Shown: positions 38,479 through 48,821 of the stretch, piece by piece
Layout: each line of letters begins with the position of its first letter
How positions within the stretch are numbered: position 1 is the first letter of the stretch
Origin: an uncultured Actinomycetota bacterium
Lineage (GTDB): Bacteria > Actinomycetota > Actinomycetes > Mycobacteriales > CADCTP01
Length of the DNA stretch: 64,000 bases
Reading direction: 5' to 3'
Assembly: GCA_963766325.1 (NCBI GenBank)
Contig: CAVXZF010000010.1
Span: 160,517 to 224,516 of the forward strand
The notes under the pieces: generated by a model
What the model saw: the letters and a program-made list of their open reading frames with translations, nothing else
Told to the model about the DNA's origin: nothing
Database searches by the model: none
Made by a program: the position numbers and the translations under genes

Positions 38479-38874
38479 GTGCTGCGCGTGGTGACGGTCG
38501 AGCACGCGCCGTCGAGCGCTGCCACGGCCCGGCGCGAGCTCGGCGCCGACCTGACCGACTGGGGGCTGCCGGCCGCCGTCGTCGACGACGCCGAGCTGGT
38601 GGTCAGCGAGCTGATCGGCAACGCGGTCCGGTACGGGCGGCCGCTGCCCGGCAACGTCCTGCGGGTCGCCTGGGCGGTCCAGTCCGGCTGCCTGGTGCTC
38701 AAGGTGACCGACGGCGGCAGCCCGCAGGCGCCGCGCTTCCGGGAGGCGGGCCCGTTCGACGTACGCGGCCGCGGGCTGGCGATCGTGGACGCGCTGGCCC
38801 GCAAGTGGGGCGTCGACCGGTATGAGAACGGCGTCGGCCCGGTCAGCACGGTGTGGGCCGAGCTCGCGGTCTGA
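38479..38874 (+). CDS. HATPase_c anti-sigma-like ATP-binding protein
   Basis: VSELIGNAVRY, VTDGG, GRGLAIV, VWAEL. Confidence 0.9.
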   Translation: MLRVVTVEHAPSSAATARRELGADLTDWGLPAAVVDDAELVVSELIGNAVRYGRPLPGNVLRVAWAVQSGCLVLKVTDGGSPQAPRFREAGPFDVRGRGLAIVDALARKWGVDRYENGVGPVSTVWAELAV

Positions 38875-38898
38875 GCGCACGCTCTAGGCTTCCGGCAC

Positions 38899-39837
38899 GT
38901 GAGCCGCCGCACCGCCACCCGCCGCCCGACCGCCCGTGCCGAGGGCGGGGAGATCGCGCCCAAGCAGCCGTGCCCGTGCGGGTCCGGCCGGCGCTACAAG
39001 AGCTGCCACGGGGCCGGCGACGTCGCCGTCGCGCGCCCGTTCGAGGGGCTGGCCGGGGAGTGCGACTGGGTCGCGCTGCGCGAGCTGGTGCCGGCGGCGA
39101 CCGCGCCGCTGCGGCTGGCCGGCGCCGACCGCGAGGTCGTCCTGGCGACCGTGTTGCCGCTGGCGCTGCCGGCGATCGTGCGCGCCGACGGCCGGGTGCT
39201 GCTCGGGCTGCAGGTGCACGCCCGGTCCGGCGACGTCAGCCGCGACCTGGCGCACGCGCTGGAGCAGGCGCTGGCGGCCGAGCCGGGCACCATGGTCCAG
39301 GCCGGCGGCCTGCCCGGCCCCGGCCCGCGGCTGCAGGACCTGCTCGAGCCGGGCGCGCCGCTGGTGCCCGAGCTGCACGAGGACTTCGGCTTCTGGCTGG
39401 AGGACGGTGCCAGTGCAGCCGCGGACCGGTCGGCCGAGGTGCAGGCCAGCCTGGAGCGGGCCAACACCGCGGTGGTGCCGACGGTCCGGCTGGCCGGCGT
39501 GGACGCGGCGTACTGGTGCCGCGTCGGGGAGCGCGCCCACCTGCGCTGGGTGATGCCGGAGCCGGAGGACGCGCTGCTGGACGCGCTGGCCCGGCTCGGC
39601 GCGGCCGGCGAGCTGCCGCTGGGGGAGGGCACCCGCTACGCCGGCTCGTTCCGGGCGCACGGGCTGCTGGTGCCCGTCTGGGACCTGCCGGTGGACGAGC
39701 CGGCGGAGAGCTGGACGGAGGCGGCCGCCGCGTTCGCCGACCGGCTGGCCGGCGCGCTGGCCGCCACCGGGCCGCTCACCTCGGCGGAGCGGCGGGCCCG
39801 GGACGGCATCCGCGGCCGCCAGCTCACCCTCCGCTAA
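38899..39837 (+). CDS. SEC-C motif / DUF5926 family protein
   Basis: CPCGSGRRYKSCHG, RPFEGLAGECDWVALRE, FRAHGLLVPVWDL. Confidence 0.88.
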   Translation: MSRRTATRRPTARAEGGEIAPKQPCPCGSGRRYKSCHGAGDVAVARPFEGLAGECDWVALRELVPAATAPLRLAGADREVVLATVLPLALPAIVRADGRVLLGLQVHARSGDVSRDLAHALEQALAAEPGTMVQAGGLPGPGPRLQDLLEPGAPLVPELHEDFGFWLEDGASAAADRSAEVQASLERANTAVVPTVRLAGVDAAYWCRVGERAHLRWVMPEPEDALLDALARLGAAGELPLGEGTRYAGSFRAHGLLVPVWDLPVDEPAESWTEAAAAFADRLAGALAATGPLTSAERRARDGIRGRQLTLR

Positions 39838-40370
39838 CGGAGCAGCATCCCGTACTCGGAGGCCGCGCGGGCGAGCGCGGCGCCCGAGGTCCGGGCCAGC
39901 GCGTCCTCGGTGAAGCGGTCGTCCCCGGTCACCTCGGCGACCGCGTACACCGGCGCGGGGAAGCGGGCCACCTCGGCCGCCGAGCCGAAGGCGGCCTGGG
40001 CCAGCACCAGCCCGGACAGCTCGCCGGCGAAGACGTCCACCGCGCACGGCCAGCCGGCCAGCCGCACCTCGTAGCGCCGCCACACCAGCACGTCGGCCGG
40101 CAGCCGGCGCAGCGCCGCGTACGCGTCCGGCCGGAGCCGCTCCGTCAGCGTCACCCGGGCGGTCCGGTCGCTCCGGATCCGCTGGCCCAGGGTGAGCTCC
40201 GGGCTGGCCGGCGTGATCGGCGAGACCGCCCGGCGCAGCGCCAGCCGGGTGCCGGCCAGGTAGTGCTCCTCGATCAGCGTGGCGGTGCCTTCGGCGAGCG
40301 CGCGCGGCAGTGCGGGCAGCAGGAAGCTGCGCTCGTGACGCAGCCCATGCCCCGTGGTGCCTGAGGTCAC
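39834..40370 (-). CDS. CYTH-like domain protein
   Basis: [32 protein letters not shown]; GTGA overlap with arcA. Confidence 0.7.
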   Translation of the reverse strand: MTSGTTGHGLRHERSFLLPALPRALAEGTATLIEEHYLAGTRLALRRAVSPITPASPELTLGQRIRSDRTARVTLTERLRPDAYAALRRLPADVLVWRRYEVRLAGWPCAVDVFAGELSGLVLAQAAFGSAAEVARFPAPVYAVAEVTGDDRFTEDALARTSGAALARAASEYGMLLR

Positions 40371-41614
40371 CCGGCCATCGGCGCGGGGCCGGCGGCGGGA
40401 TCTGGGGGGCCTACGGTCCCGTCGAGGGGGTCCCGGACGATCGGGCAGGACATGCAGCGTGGCCCGCCCCGGCCGCTGCCCAGCTCGCTGCCGGCGATCC
40501 GGATGACCTCGATGCCGGCCTCCTCCAGCCGGGCGTTGGTCTCCGTGTTGCGCTCGTACGCCATCGCCAGCCGCGGCGCCACGCACAGCGTGTTGTTGCC
40601 GTCGTCCCACTGCTCGCGCTCGGCGATCACCGGATCCAGCCCGGTGCCGATGACCCGGATCCGGTCCAGCCCGAGCGCCCGCGCGCCCGCGGCCAGGAAC
40701 GGCTCGGGCTCGCCGACGACCAGCTCGCCGGGGTCGTCGCCGGCGGCGGTGACCGGGTAGGCGAGGGTGTCCGCGACCGGCGGGTAGAGCGTCACCGCGT
40801 CGACGTCGACCATCGTGCAGATGGTGTCCAGGTGCATGGTCGCCCGCTCCTGGGCGATCGGGACGACCAGGACGGTGTGCGCGAGCCGCTCGGTGAAGAC
40901 CCGCCGGGCCAGCCGCTCGACGCCGGCCGGGGTGGTCCGCTGCCCGGTGCCGACGGCGAGCACGCCCGGTCCGAGCAGCAGCACGTCGCCGCCCTCCAGC
41001 CACTCGGCGCTCGGCTCGTACACGGTCGCGGTGCCGGCGAAGCGCGGGTGGAAACGGTAGATGGCCCGCAGCACGGTCGCCTCCCGGCGCCGGGCCGCCA
41101 TCGACGGGCTGGTCACCGCGACCTCGCCGCGGATCCACACGCTGGAGTCGCGGGTGAACAGCAGGTTGGGCAGCGGGTCGACGACGAAGTCGTGCTCGTC
41201 CATCAGCCGGTACGTCAGCCCGCGGCCGGTCTTGAGCTCCCGCTGGGTGAGCCCGCCCATGAGCACCCCGGCGAGGTCCGCCGGGTGCAGGTCGGCCAGG
41301 TGGGCGCCGACCACCGCGCGGAGCGTCGACCCGAGCCGCGGATCGTCCCGGACCGCCTCGATGGTCAGCTCTCGCGCGGTCGGCTCGTGCAGCGCCCGCT
41401 CCAGCAGGTCGGCGAGGTAGAGCACCTCGACGCCGTGGTCGCGCAGCGCCTGGGCGAAGCCGTCGTGCTCGTCCTGGGCGCGGTCCACCCAGGGGATGCC
41501 GTCGAAGAGCAGCTGGTCGTTGTTGCGCGGGGTCAGGCGCTTGAGCTCGGCGCCGGGCCGGTGCAGCAGGACCGTCCGCAGCCGGCCCACCTCGCTGTCG
41601 ACATAGCCGGTCAC
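40367..41614 (-). CDS. arcA: Arginine deiminase
   Basis: [42 protein letters not shown]. Confidence 0.96.
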   Translation of the reverse strand: MTGYVDSEVGRLRTVLLHRPGAELKRLTPRNNDQLLFDGIPWVDRAQDEHDGFAQALRDHGVEVLYLADLLERALHEPTARELTIEAVRDDPRLGSTLRAVVGAHLADLHPADLAGVLMGGLTQRELKTGRGLTYRLMDEHDFVVDPLPNLLFTRDSSVWIRGEVAVTSPSMAARRREATVLRAIYRFHPRFAGTATVYEPSAEWLEGGDVLLLGPGVLAVGTGQRTTPAGVERLARRVFTERLAHTVLVVPIAQERATMHLDTICTMVDVDAVTLYPPVADTLAYPVTAAGDDPGELVVGEPEPFLAAGARALGLDRIRVIGTGLDPVIAEREQWDDGNNTLCVAPRLAMAYERNTETNARLEEAGIEVIRIAGSELGSGRGGPRCMSCPIVRDPLDGTVGPPDPAAGPAPMAG

Positions 41615-41715
41615 GGCGGCACTCTAGGCCATCTCCCGGTACGGCCCGGCCCGGCCACCGTGGCCTGGCTCACGGCTGCGCGCCACGGACGCGTACCGGC
41701 GGGTAGGTTCCGAAC

Positions 41716-42615
41716 ATGGGTCTGCTAGACGGCAAGGTGGTCATCGTCACCGGTGCCGGTCGCGGCATCGGCCGGGGCGAGGCGATCGAGTGCGCGCGGC
41801 AGGGCGCCGCGGTGGTGGTCAACGAGTTCGACCCGGCCATCGGCGCCGAGGTCGTCGCCGCCGTCCAGGAGGCCGGCGGCTCGGGTGTGCTGGTCGAGGG
41901 CGACGTCGCCGACGTCGAGGTCGCCGACCGGCTGGTCGCCACCGCGGCCGGCGAGTTCGGCCGGCTCGACGGGCTGGTCAACAACGCCGGCGTGCTGCGC
42001 GACCGCACGGTGCGGAAGATGACGCCGGAGGAGTGGGACACCGTCATCCGGGTCCACCTGCGCGGTCACTACGCGCCCACGCACGCCGCCATCGGCTACT
42101 GGAAGGAGCACGGCGGCCCCGGCCGGATCGTCTGCACCGCGTCCACCTCCGGCCTGCTCGGCAACTTCGGCCAGGCCAACTACGGCGCCGCCAAGGCCGG
42201 CATCGCCGCGTTCTCCACCATCGTCGCGATGGAGACGGCCCGGATGGGGGTCACCTGCAACGCCATCGCACCGGGTGCGCGCACCCGGATGACCGAGGGG
42301 GCGTACGGGTCGATCCCGGGCGGCAAGGACGGCGGCTACGACTTCTGGCACCCGGACAACGTCGCGCCGCTGGTCGCCTTCCTGCTCAGCGACCGGGCCG
42401 CGCACATCAGCGGCAAGGTCTTCGGCGTGCAGGGGGACACGGTCGAGCTCTACCGGCCGTGGACGTCCGTCGCGGTGCTGGAGAACGGCGGGACCCGCTG
42501 GGACCCGGAGGCGCTGGCCGGCCGGGTCGACGAGCTGTTCGCCGAGGCCGACATCAAGCCCGGCTCGGAGAACATGATGGCCAGGCTCCGCTACACCATG
42601 ACCGAGCGCGACTGA
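41716..42615 (+). CDS. SDR family oxidoreductase
   Basis: TGAGRGIG, NNAG, GNFGQANYGAAK. Confidence 0.93.
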   Translation: MGLLDGKVVIVTGAGRGIGRGEAIECARQGAAVVVNEFDPAIGAEVVAAVQEAGGSGVLVEGDVADVEVADRLVATAAGEFGRLDGLVNNAGVLRDRTVRKMTPEEWDTVIRVHLRGHYAPTHAAIGYWKEHGGPGRIVCTASTSGLLGNFGQANYGAAKAGIAAFSTIVAMETARMGVTCNAIAPGARTRMTEGAYGSIPGGKDGGYDFWHPDNVAPLVAFLLSDRAAHISGKVFGVQGDTVELYRPWTSVAVLENGGTRWDPEALAGRVDELFAEADIKPGSENMMARLRYTMTERD

Positions 42616-42732
42616 CCCTGTCGGTCGCTAGGACCCGGTTGCGGCACCGATCGGAGCATCGGCCGGATCGGTGCCGCTCGCGCCGGTATCCTCCCCGGTG
42701 TCCTGCCGTCCCTGGACCGGGAGCCCCACACG

Positions 42733-44016
42733 ATGCCCAGGCACGCCGACGACGACCTGCTCGCGCTCGCCCACGTGGCGCCCGCCTGGTCGCCGGACCA
42801 GGCGGTCGACACCGCGCTGGGCGACCACGACCGGACCGTGGACATGCTGCTGCGGCACCGGGTGGTGACCGCCGGCGAGCTGCGGCTGGGCGGCCAGGTG
42901 CCGGGGGTCACCGAGTGGGCCGGGCGTTACGGGCTGCTCCGCACGCTGCTCGCCGAGTCCTGGGACGAGCTGGCCGCCGCCGCCACCGAGCTGGGCGTGC
43001 CGGTGGCCGGCATCAAGGGCCTGGCCACCCGCTCGCTGTACGCGGACGGCAGCACCCGCGACGTCGGCGACCTCGACGTCATGGTCAACGACGTGGACGA
43101 GGCCTGGCAGCTGGCCGGCTGGCTGCGCAACCGCGGCTACGAGTGGTATCCGGAGGAGCTGCCCTGGCTCAAGCGGGACGCCGCCACCGGCACCGTGTAC
43201 GGGCAGGTGGCGGTCCGCAAGTACGTCGGGCCGGTGCCGCTGCGGGTGGACGTGCACTTCGCCGGCTACTCGGTGCGGCACTGCCGGCTGGCCCCCACCA
43301 CCGTGTCCGGGGAGGGGCTGCACACCTGGGGTCCGGCGGAAAACCTGCCGCTGCTGCTCGGCAACGCCGCCGGCGACTACGTGATCCGGCTCAAGGACAT
43401 CAACGACGTCACGCTCATGCTCGAGGCGGAGCCGCGGCTGGACTGGGAGCCGGCGCTGCGCCGGGTCCGCGAGGTCGGCCTGGACCGCTTCTGGAACGCG
43501 GTGGTCGACGAGGTGCTGCGCACCTCCGAGCTGTCCGACAAGGCCCGCGCGCTGGCCAAGGACCTGCGCTTCGCCGGGGTGCGGCCGGAGCCGGCCCCGC
43601 TGGGCGACAAGGAGTGGGGCCGGCGCTGCCGGGCCACCGTGGCGGACGCGTTCCGGTCCGGCGGCAACCCGGCGCAGCGGGTCCAGCGGGCGTGGAGCGC
43701 CTGGCGCTACTACCGCAAGCCGCTGGAGCTGCGGGTGGTCGAGCGGTGCGAGCACGGCAAGGACAACGCCGGCCTGCTCGACTCGCTGCGCAACGACGTC
43801 TGCGTCCGGCTGGTGCCGACCGCGCTGGTGCGGGAAAAGGCGGAGGCGTCGGTCGCCCCGGTCCGGCTCGACCCGGCCGGCGCCACGCTCGTGCCGGGCA
43901 CCCGGACGCTGCGGCAGCGGGTGGTCGACGGGCACAGCTTCGCCCTGATCGGCGGCGAGACCTTCGCCACCACGGTCTTCTACGACCTGTGCGCCACCCA
44001 GGCGCGGTACGAGTGA
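42733..44016 (+). CDS. Nucleotidyltransferase family protein (NTP_transf_5-like)
   Basis: IKGL...LY.....RDVGDLDVMV and DVH motifs. Confidence 0.75.
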   Translation: MPRHADDDLLALAHVAPAWSPDQAVDTALGDHDRTVDMLLRHRVVTAGELRLGGQVPGVTEWAGRYGLLRTLLAESWDELAAAATELGVPVAGIKGLATRSLYADGSTRDVGDLDVMVNDVDEAWQLAGWLRNRGYEWYPEELPWLKRDAATGTVYGQVAVRKYVGPVPLRVDVHFAGYSVRHCRLAPTTVSGEGLHTWGPAENLPLLLGNAAGDYVIRLKDINDVTLMLEAEPRLDWEPALRRVREVGLDRFWNAVVDEVLRTSELSDKARALAKDLRFAGVRPEPAPLGDKEWGRRCRATVADAFRSGGNPAQRVQRAWSAWRYYRKPLELRVVERCEHGKDNAGLLDSLRNDVCVRLVPTALVREKAEASVAPVRLDPAGATLVPGTRTLRQRVVDGHSFALIGGETFATTVFYDLCATQARYE

Positions 44017-44064
44017 GCCCGGCCCGCCGCGACTGAGCGGACCCGGGTGCGGTACGACTGACCG

Positions 44065-44574
44065 GTGGCCGAGCGACGCGACCCGGGTCGGGCGATGCTG
44101 GCCCGGCTGGAGCTGGAGGTCCGCCGGGACCATCCGATGACGCACGAGGAGCTGGTCGCGGTGCGCACCGCGGTCCGCGGCGGCCGGGCCGCGCCGCCAC
44201 CGCTGCGGGTGCCGGCGCACGCGCTGGCCGCGGCCACCCTGCGCTCCTCGGACCGGGGCATCGCCCACCCCTGGCTGGTATACGGGCTGGCCGTGCTCGC
44301 GCTGCTCAACGCCGGCCGGGCGGTCCGGGACCTGGACGCGCCGTGGGCCATCCCGATGGCGGTGCTGTACGCGGCGCTGGCCGGCGCGGCCTGGCTGGGC
44401 CGGCGCTTCCGGGAGCAGCGGGCCCGCGCGGCCCTGGAGGCCAACGCCACCACCGGCTTTCCCCCGGGCGGGCAGCCGGACCCCGGACCGGCCCCGTCGG
44501 GCCGAGGGCCGGACTCGGGGCCGGGTTCCCTGCCGGGTTCCCCATCGGGCGGGGAGCCGGACCCGAACGGCTGA
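44065..44574 (+). CDS. Hypothetical 2-TM membrane protein
   Basis: Two hydrophobic helices and a Pro/Gly tail; start uncertain. Confidence 0.55.
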   Translation: MAERRDPGRAMLARLELEVRRDHPMTHEELVAVRTAVRGGRAAPPPLRVPAHALAAATLRSSDRGIAHPWLVYGLAVLALLNAGRAVRDLDAPWAIPMAVLYAALAGAAWLGRRFREQRARAALEANATTGFPPGGQPDPGPAPSGRGPDSGPGSLPGSPSGGEPDPNG

Positions 44575-44695
44575 CCGGCTCGACCGCCGACCGGCTCTGC
44601 CAGCGGTGTCCGCGAGCTGGGACAGTCCGGGCACGGCGTGTGCCGTCGACATCGGCACGGCCGGGTCCGTACCGAGTGCTGGGGGGATGTTCGCG

Positions 44696-45481
44696 ATGAG
44701 GCGAGCAGGCGTACGACTGTCCACTGTGCTTTGCGCCGCAGCCGCGCTGGTGGTCGCCGGGGTGGTGGCGAGCCCGGCGGCGAGTGCCGCTGCGCCGCCG
44801 TGCCGGGTCACGAACGCGACCCAGGGCACCTCCTTCGCCACCGTCGCCGGGCTGGCGCTCACCCGGGCGATCGCCGGCGCCCACCCGGGCGACCGGCTGG
44901 ACATCCGCGGCAAGTGCGTCGGCTCGTTCACGGTGGACAAGAGCCTGGATCTCTACGGCAACCCCGACAGGGCCAACCAGACCGTCCTGGACGGCGCCCG
45001 CGCCGGCCGGGTCGTCGTCGTCAACCCCGAGGCCGTCGTACGGATGACCGACCTGGTGGTCACCCGCGGCTACACCCCCAGCGGCAGCGGCGCCGGCATC
45101 GCCAACGTCGGCGAGCTCACCCTCATCAGGTCGTACGTCTTCGACAACCACGCGGGCTGGAGCGGCGGCGGCATCCTCAACGTCGGCGACCTGACCGTCA
45201 CCCGCACCGGCATCCGCTACAACAGTGCCGGCTTCGACGGCGGCGGGATGTTCAACGCGGGCGGCGGTCGGGGCATCGTCACGTACCGGGCCACGATCGC
45301 GGACAACCGGGCGGTGCTCGGCGGGGCCGGCATCTTCTCCGAGAACCAGCTGGAGATGCACGACTCGCTGGTCACCCGCAACGTGACTGAGGGCAACGGC
45401 GCGGGGATCCTGTCGGTGGCCGGCTTGATCCTGGACAACACCCAGGTGATCGGCAACGTGCCGGACAACTGCGACTGCTGA
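44696..45481 (+). CDS. Secreted right-handed beta-helix (pectin-lyase-like/POMP repeat) protein
   Basis: Signal peptide; repeated N.A...GGGI.N motifs; ends PDNC. Confidence 0.8.
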   Translation: MRRAGVRLSTVLCAAAALVVAGVVASPAASAAAPPCRVTNATQGTSFATVAGLALTRAIAGAHPGDRLDIRGKCVGSFTVDKSLDLYGNPDRANQTVLDGARAGRVVVVNPEAVVRMTDLVVTRGYTPSGSGAGIANVGELTLIRSYVFDNHAGWSGGGILNVGDLTVTRTGIRYNSAGFDGGGMFNAGGGRGIVTYRATIADNRAVLGGAGIFSENQLEMHDSLVTRNVTEGNGAGILSVAGLILDNTQVIGNVPDNCDC

Positions 45482-45520
45482 CCCGCGGGGCCCCGGGGCG
45501 GGCGGTGGCAGGATGACCGC

Positions 45521-46984
45521 ATGGTCAGCGCCGACCCCGCCCGGGGCACCGTGACCGCGTCGTCGCGGCCGATCCCGACCAGCGCGTCGTACTCGATCAC
45601 GGTCCGGCTGCTGGCCGACCCCGAGCCCGCGGTCGTCGGCCGGATCGCCACCGCGGTGGGCGCGGCCGGCGGGGTGGTGACCGCGATCGACGTGGCCGAG
45701 TCGCGGCACGACCGGATCACCGTCGACGTCACCTGCTCCGCGGTCAACGGCGAGCACGCCGACGAGGTCGTGGCCGGCCTGCGCGAGGTCGACGGCGTCA
45801 CCGTGCACAAGGTCAGCGACCGGACCTTCCTGCTGCACCTCGGCGGCAAGCTGGAGACGCACTCCAAGGTGCCGCTGCGCACCCGGGACGACCTGTCGAT
45901 GGCGTACACGCCCGGGGTGGCCCGGATCTGCCAGGCGCTGGCCCGCAACCCGGACGACGTGCGCCGGCTGACCGTGAAGGGCAACAGCGTCGCGGTGGTC
46001 ACCGACGGGACCGCGGTGCTCGGCCTCGGCGACCTCGGCCCGGGCGCCGCGCTGCCGGTCATGGAGGGCAAGGCGGTGCTCTTCAAGCGGTTCGCCGGGA
46101 TCGACGCGTGGCCGATCTGCCTGGACACCACCGACGTGGACGAGATCGTGTCGGTGGTCCGGGCGATCGCGCCCGGCTTCGGCGGGATCAACCTGGAGGA
46201 CATCTCCGCGCCGCGCTGCTTCGAGGTGGAGCGCCGGCTGCGCGAGCTGCTCGACATCCCGGTCTTCCACGACGACCAGCACGGCACCGCGATCGTGGTG
46301 CTGGCCGCGCTGACCAACGCCCTCCGCTGTGTCCATAAGCGACTCGAGGACGTCACCGTGGTGGTCGCCGGGGCCGGCGCGGCCGGGACCGCGGTCAGCG
46401 ACCTGCTGCTCGCCGCCGGGGTGCGCCGGATGCGGGTGTGGGACCGGGAGGGCATCCTCTGCCCGACCGACGGACGGCTGACCGGGGCGAAGCGGCGGCT
46501 GGCCGAGGCGACCAACCCCGGCGGCGTCACCGGCGAGCTGCCCGAGGCGCTGACCGGCGCGGACGTGGTGATCGGGGTGTGCGCGGCCGGCGTCATCGAC
46601 CCGGCCTGGCTGGAGCTGATGACACCCGAGCCGATCGTCTTCGCGCTGGCCAACCCGGACCCCGAGGTCGACGTCGACGCCGCCCGCAAGGTGGCCGCGG
46701 TGATCGCCACCGGTCGCAGCGACTACCCCAACCAGATCAACAACGTGCTCGCGTTCCCCGGCGTCTTCCGCGGGCTGCTCGACGCCCGGGCCCGCAACAT
46801 CACCACCGAGATGCTGCTGCGCGCGGCCGAGGCGCTCGCCGCGGTGGTCACCGACGAGCAGCTCAACGCGGCGTACGTGGTGCCCAGCGTCTTCGACCCG
46901 CAGGTGCCCAAGGCGGTCGCCGCCGCGGTCGAGGCCGCTGCGGCAGCCGATCCGGCCGCCGACACCGTCACCGACCCGGGCTGA
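45521..46984 (+). CDS. NAD-dependent malic enzyme with N-terminal ACT domain
   Basis: YTPGVA, PVMEGKA, NLEDI, FHDDQHGTA, ATGRSDYPNQINN. Confidence 0.95.
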   Translation: MVSADPARGTVTASSRPIPTSASYSITVRLLADPEPAVVGRIATAVGAAGGVVTAIDVAESRHDRITVDVTCSAVNGEHADEVVAGLREVDGVTVHKVSDRTFLLHLGGKLETHSKVPLRTRDDLSMAYTPGVARICQALARNPDDVRRLTVKGNSVAVVTDGTAVLGLGDLGPGAALPVMEGKAVLFKRFAGIDAWPICLDTTDVDEIVSVVRAIAPGFGGINLEDISAPRCFEVERRLRELLDIPVFHDDQHGTAIVVLAALTNALRCVHKRLEDVTVVVAGAGAAGTAVSDLLLAAGVRRMRVWDREGILCPTDGRLTGAKRRLAEATNPGGVTGELPEALTGADVVIGVCAAGVIDPAWLELMTPEPIVFALANPDPEVDVDAARKVAAVIATGRSDYPNQINNVLAFPGVFRGLLDARARNITTEMLLRAAEALAAVVTDEQLNAAYVVPSVFDPQVPKAVAAAVEAAAAADPAADTVTDPG

Positions 46985-47016
46985 CCGGTCCCGCCGCGGC
47001 CGGGGCCGCGATGGAG

Positions 47017-47550
47017 CTAGCGGTCGGACCAGTCGGTGGACATGACCTCGCGCATCGCGCGCCGCTTGGTCCGCCCGCTCAGCCGGTCGAGGAAGAGCAG
47101 CCCGTGCAGGTGGTCGGTCTCGTGCTGCAGGCAGCGGGCCAGCTGGCCGTCGCCGACCACCCGGACCGGCGCGCCGTGCCTGTCGACGCCCTCGACCGCC
47201 GCGTACGCCGGGCGGGCGTTGTCGTAGTAGAGCCCCGGCACCGACAGGCAGCCCTCGCCGTCCTCGTCCGGCTCGCCGCCGGTGGACACCAGCACCGGGT
47301 TGACCACGTGCCCGACGTGCCGCTTGCCGGAGGCGTCCGAGCAGTCGTAGACGAACACCGAGAGCCCGACGCCGATCTGGTTGGCGGCCAGCCCGACGCC
47401 CTCGGCCGCGTACATCGACGCGAACATGTCGTCGATCAGCCGGGCCAGCGACTCGTCGAAGTCGAGCACCTCGTCGGTGGGCGTGCGCAGCACCGGGTCC
47501 CCGAAGAGCCGGATCGGCCGCGCCACTCCCTTGGTCCCCTGCGCCACCAC
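47017..47550 (-). CDS. def: Peptide deformylase
   Basis: GVGLAANQ, EGCLS, QHETDH. Confidence 0.96.
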   Translation of the reverse strand: MVAQGTKGVARPIRLFGDPVLRTPTDEVLDFDESLARLIDDMFASMYAAEGVGLAANQIGVGLSVFVYDCSDASGKRHVGHVVNPVLVSTGGEPDEDGEGCLSVPGLYYDNARPAYAAVEGVDRHGAPVRVVGDGQLARCLQHETDHLHGLLFLDRLSGRTKRRAMREVMSTDWSDR

Positions 47551-47572
47551 CCCGCCATGCTACGGCGACCGG

Positions 47573-48748
47573 TCAGGGGGTGGTGTGGCGGCCGGCCCAG
47601 GTCCAGGCGTAGCCGGGGTCCTCGCAGGCGAGCCCGGCCGGGGCCAGCGCGAGCGGCCGGAAGGTGTCGACCATGACGGCCAGCTCGTCGAAGGCCTCGA
47701 TGCCGAGCGCCCGCTCCACCGCACCGGGCTGCGGCCCGTGGGTGAAGCCGCTGGGGTGCAGCGAGATCGAGCCCTGCTCGATGCCGGAGCCCTTGCGGGC
47801 CTCGTAGTTGCCGCCGGTGTAGAAGAGCACCTCGTCCGAGTCGACGTTGGCGTGGTTGTACGGCACCGGGATCGCCAGCGGGTGGTAGTCCACCTTGCGC
47901 GGCACGAACGAGCAGATGACGAAGTTGGGCCCCTCGAAGGTCTGGTGCACCGGTGGCGGCTGGTGCACCCGGCCGGTGATCGGCTCGAAGTCGGCCACGT
48001 TGAACGCGTACGGGTAGAGGCAGCCGTCCCAGCCGACCACGTCGAAGGGGTGCTCCGCGTACGTCAGCCTGGTCATCCCGGTCCGATGCCGGACCAGCAC
48101 GTCCACGTCGGTACCGGTCTCCTGCAGCGGCGCCGTCGGCCCCCGCAGGTCGCGCTCGCAGTACGGCGCGGACTCCAGGAACTGCCCCTTGCCCGACAGG
48201 TAGCGCTTCGGCGGCCCGATGTGGCCGCGCGCCTCGGTGATCAGTGTCCGCAGTGGACCATCGCCGGTCGGCACCCAGCGGTGGGTGGTCGAGGTGGGCA
48301 GCAGCACGTAGTCGCCGGGGCCCACGGACAGCATGCCGAAGACGGTCTCCACGGTCGCCGTCCCGGACTCGACGTACACGCACTCGTCGCCGGTGGCGTT
48401 GCGGTAGAGCGGGGACGGCCGGTCGGCGACCGCGTACGCCAGCCGGACGTCGTCGTTGGCCAGCAGCACCTGGCGGCCGGTGACCACGTCGGCCGGGCCG
48501 GCGTCGAGCTTGTGGGTGCGCAGGTGCCGGGGCAGCAGCGGGTGGTTGGCGGTGAGCGGGACGGGCGGGTCCTCGTGCACCCGGGAGTCGACGATCGCCG
48601 TCGGCAGGTGCTCGTGGTAGAGCAGCGCCGAGTCGGCCGAGAAGCCCTCGACCCCCATCAGCTCCTCCGCGTACAGCCCGCCGTCGGGCTTGCGGAACTG
48701 GGTGTGCCGCTTGCGCGGCACCTCGCCGACCTGGCGGTAGTACGGCAT
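47573..48748 (-). CDS. hmgA: Homogentisate 1,2-dioxygenase
   Basis: HPFDVVGWDG, HQPPPVH, PYNHANVDSDE, HGP, AVMVDT. Confidence 0.93.
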   Translation of the reverse strand: MPYYRQVGEVPRKRHTQFRKPDGGLYAEELMGVEGFSADSALLYHEHLPTAIVDSRVHEDPPVPLTANHPLLPRHLRTHKLDAGPADVVTGRQVLLANDDVRLAYAVADRPSPLYRNATGDECVYVESGTATVETVFGMLSVGPGDYVLLPTSTTHRWVPTGDGPLRTLITEARGHIGPPKRYLSGKGQFLESAPYCERDLRGPTAPLQETGTDVDVLVRHRTGMTRLTYAEHPFDVVGWDGCLYPYAFNVADFEPITGRVHQPPPVHQTFEGPNFVICSFVPRKVDYHPLAIPVPYNHANVDSDEVLFYTGGNYEARKGSGIEQGSISLHPSGFTHGPQPGAVERALGIEAFDELAVMVDTFRPLALAPAGLACEDPGYAWTWAGRHTTP

Positions 48749-48764
48749 GTCGGTCGCCTCCCTG

Positions 48765-48802
48765 CGTCCGCTCACCGGACGCTGCTGTCCTCTGACAGGA
48801 CA
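48765..48802. promoter_or_regulatory. Two 17-bp palindromes 21 bp apart, probable IclR operator
   Basis: CGTCCG-N5-CGGACG (48765-48781) and TGTCCT-N5-AGGACA (48786-48802) in the divergent promoter. Confidence 0.65.
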
Positions 48803-48821
48803 CTCCGCTACCGTCGGGACC

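Noticed and set aside
42733-45481. Lasso peptide or other RiPP cluster around the nucleotidyltransferase
   Set aside because: No cyclase, B protein, RRE or precursor-like ORF nearby.
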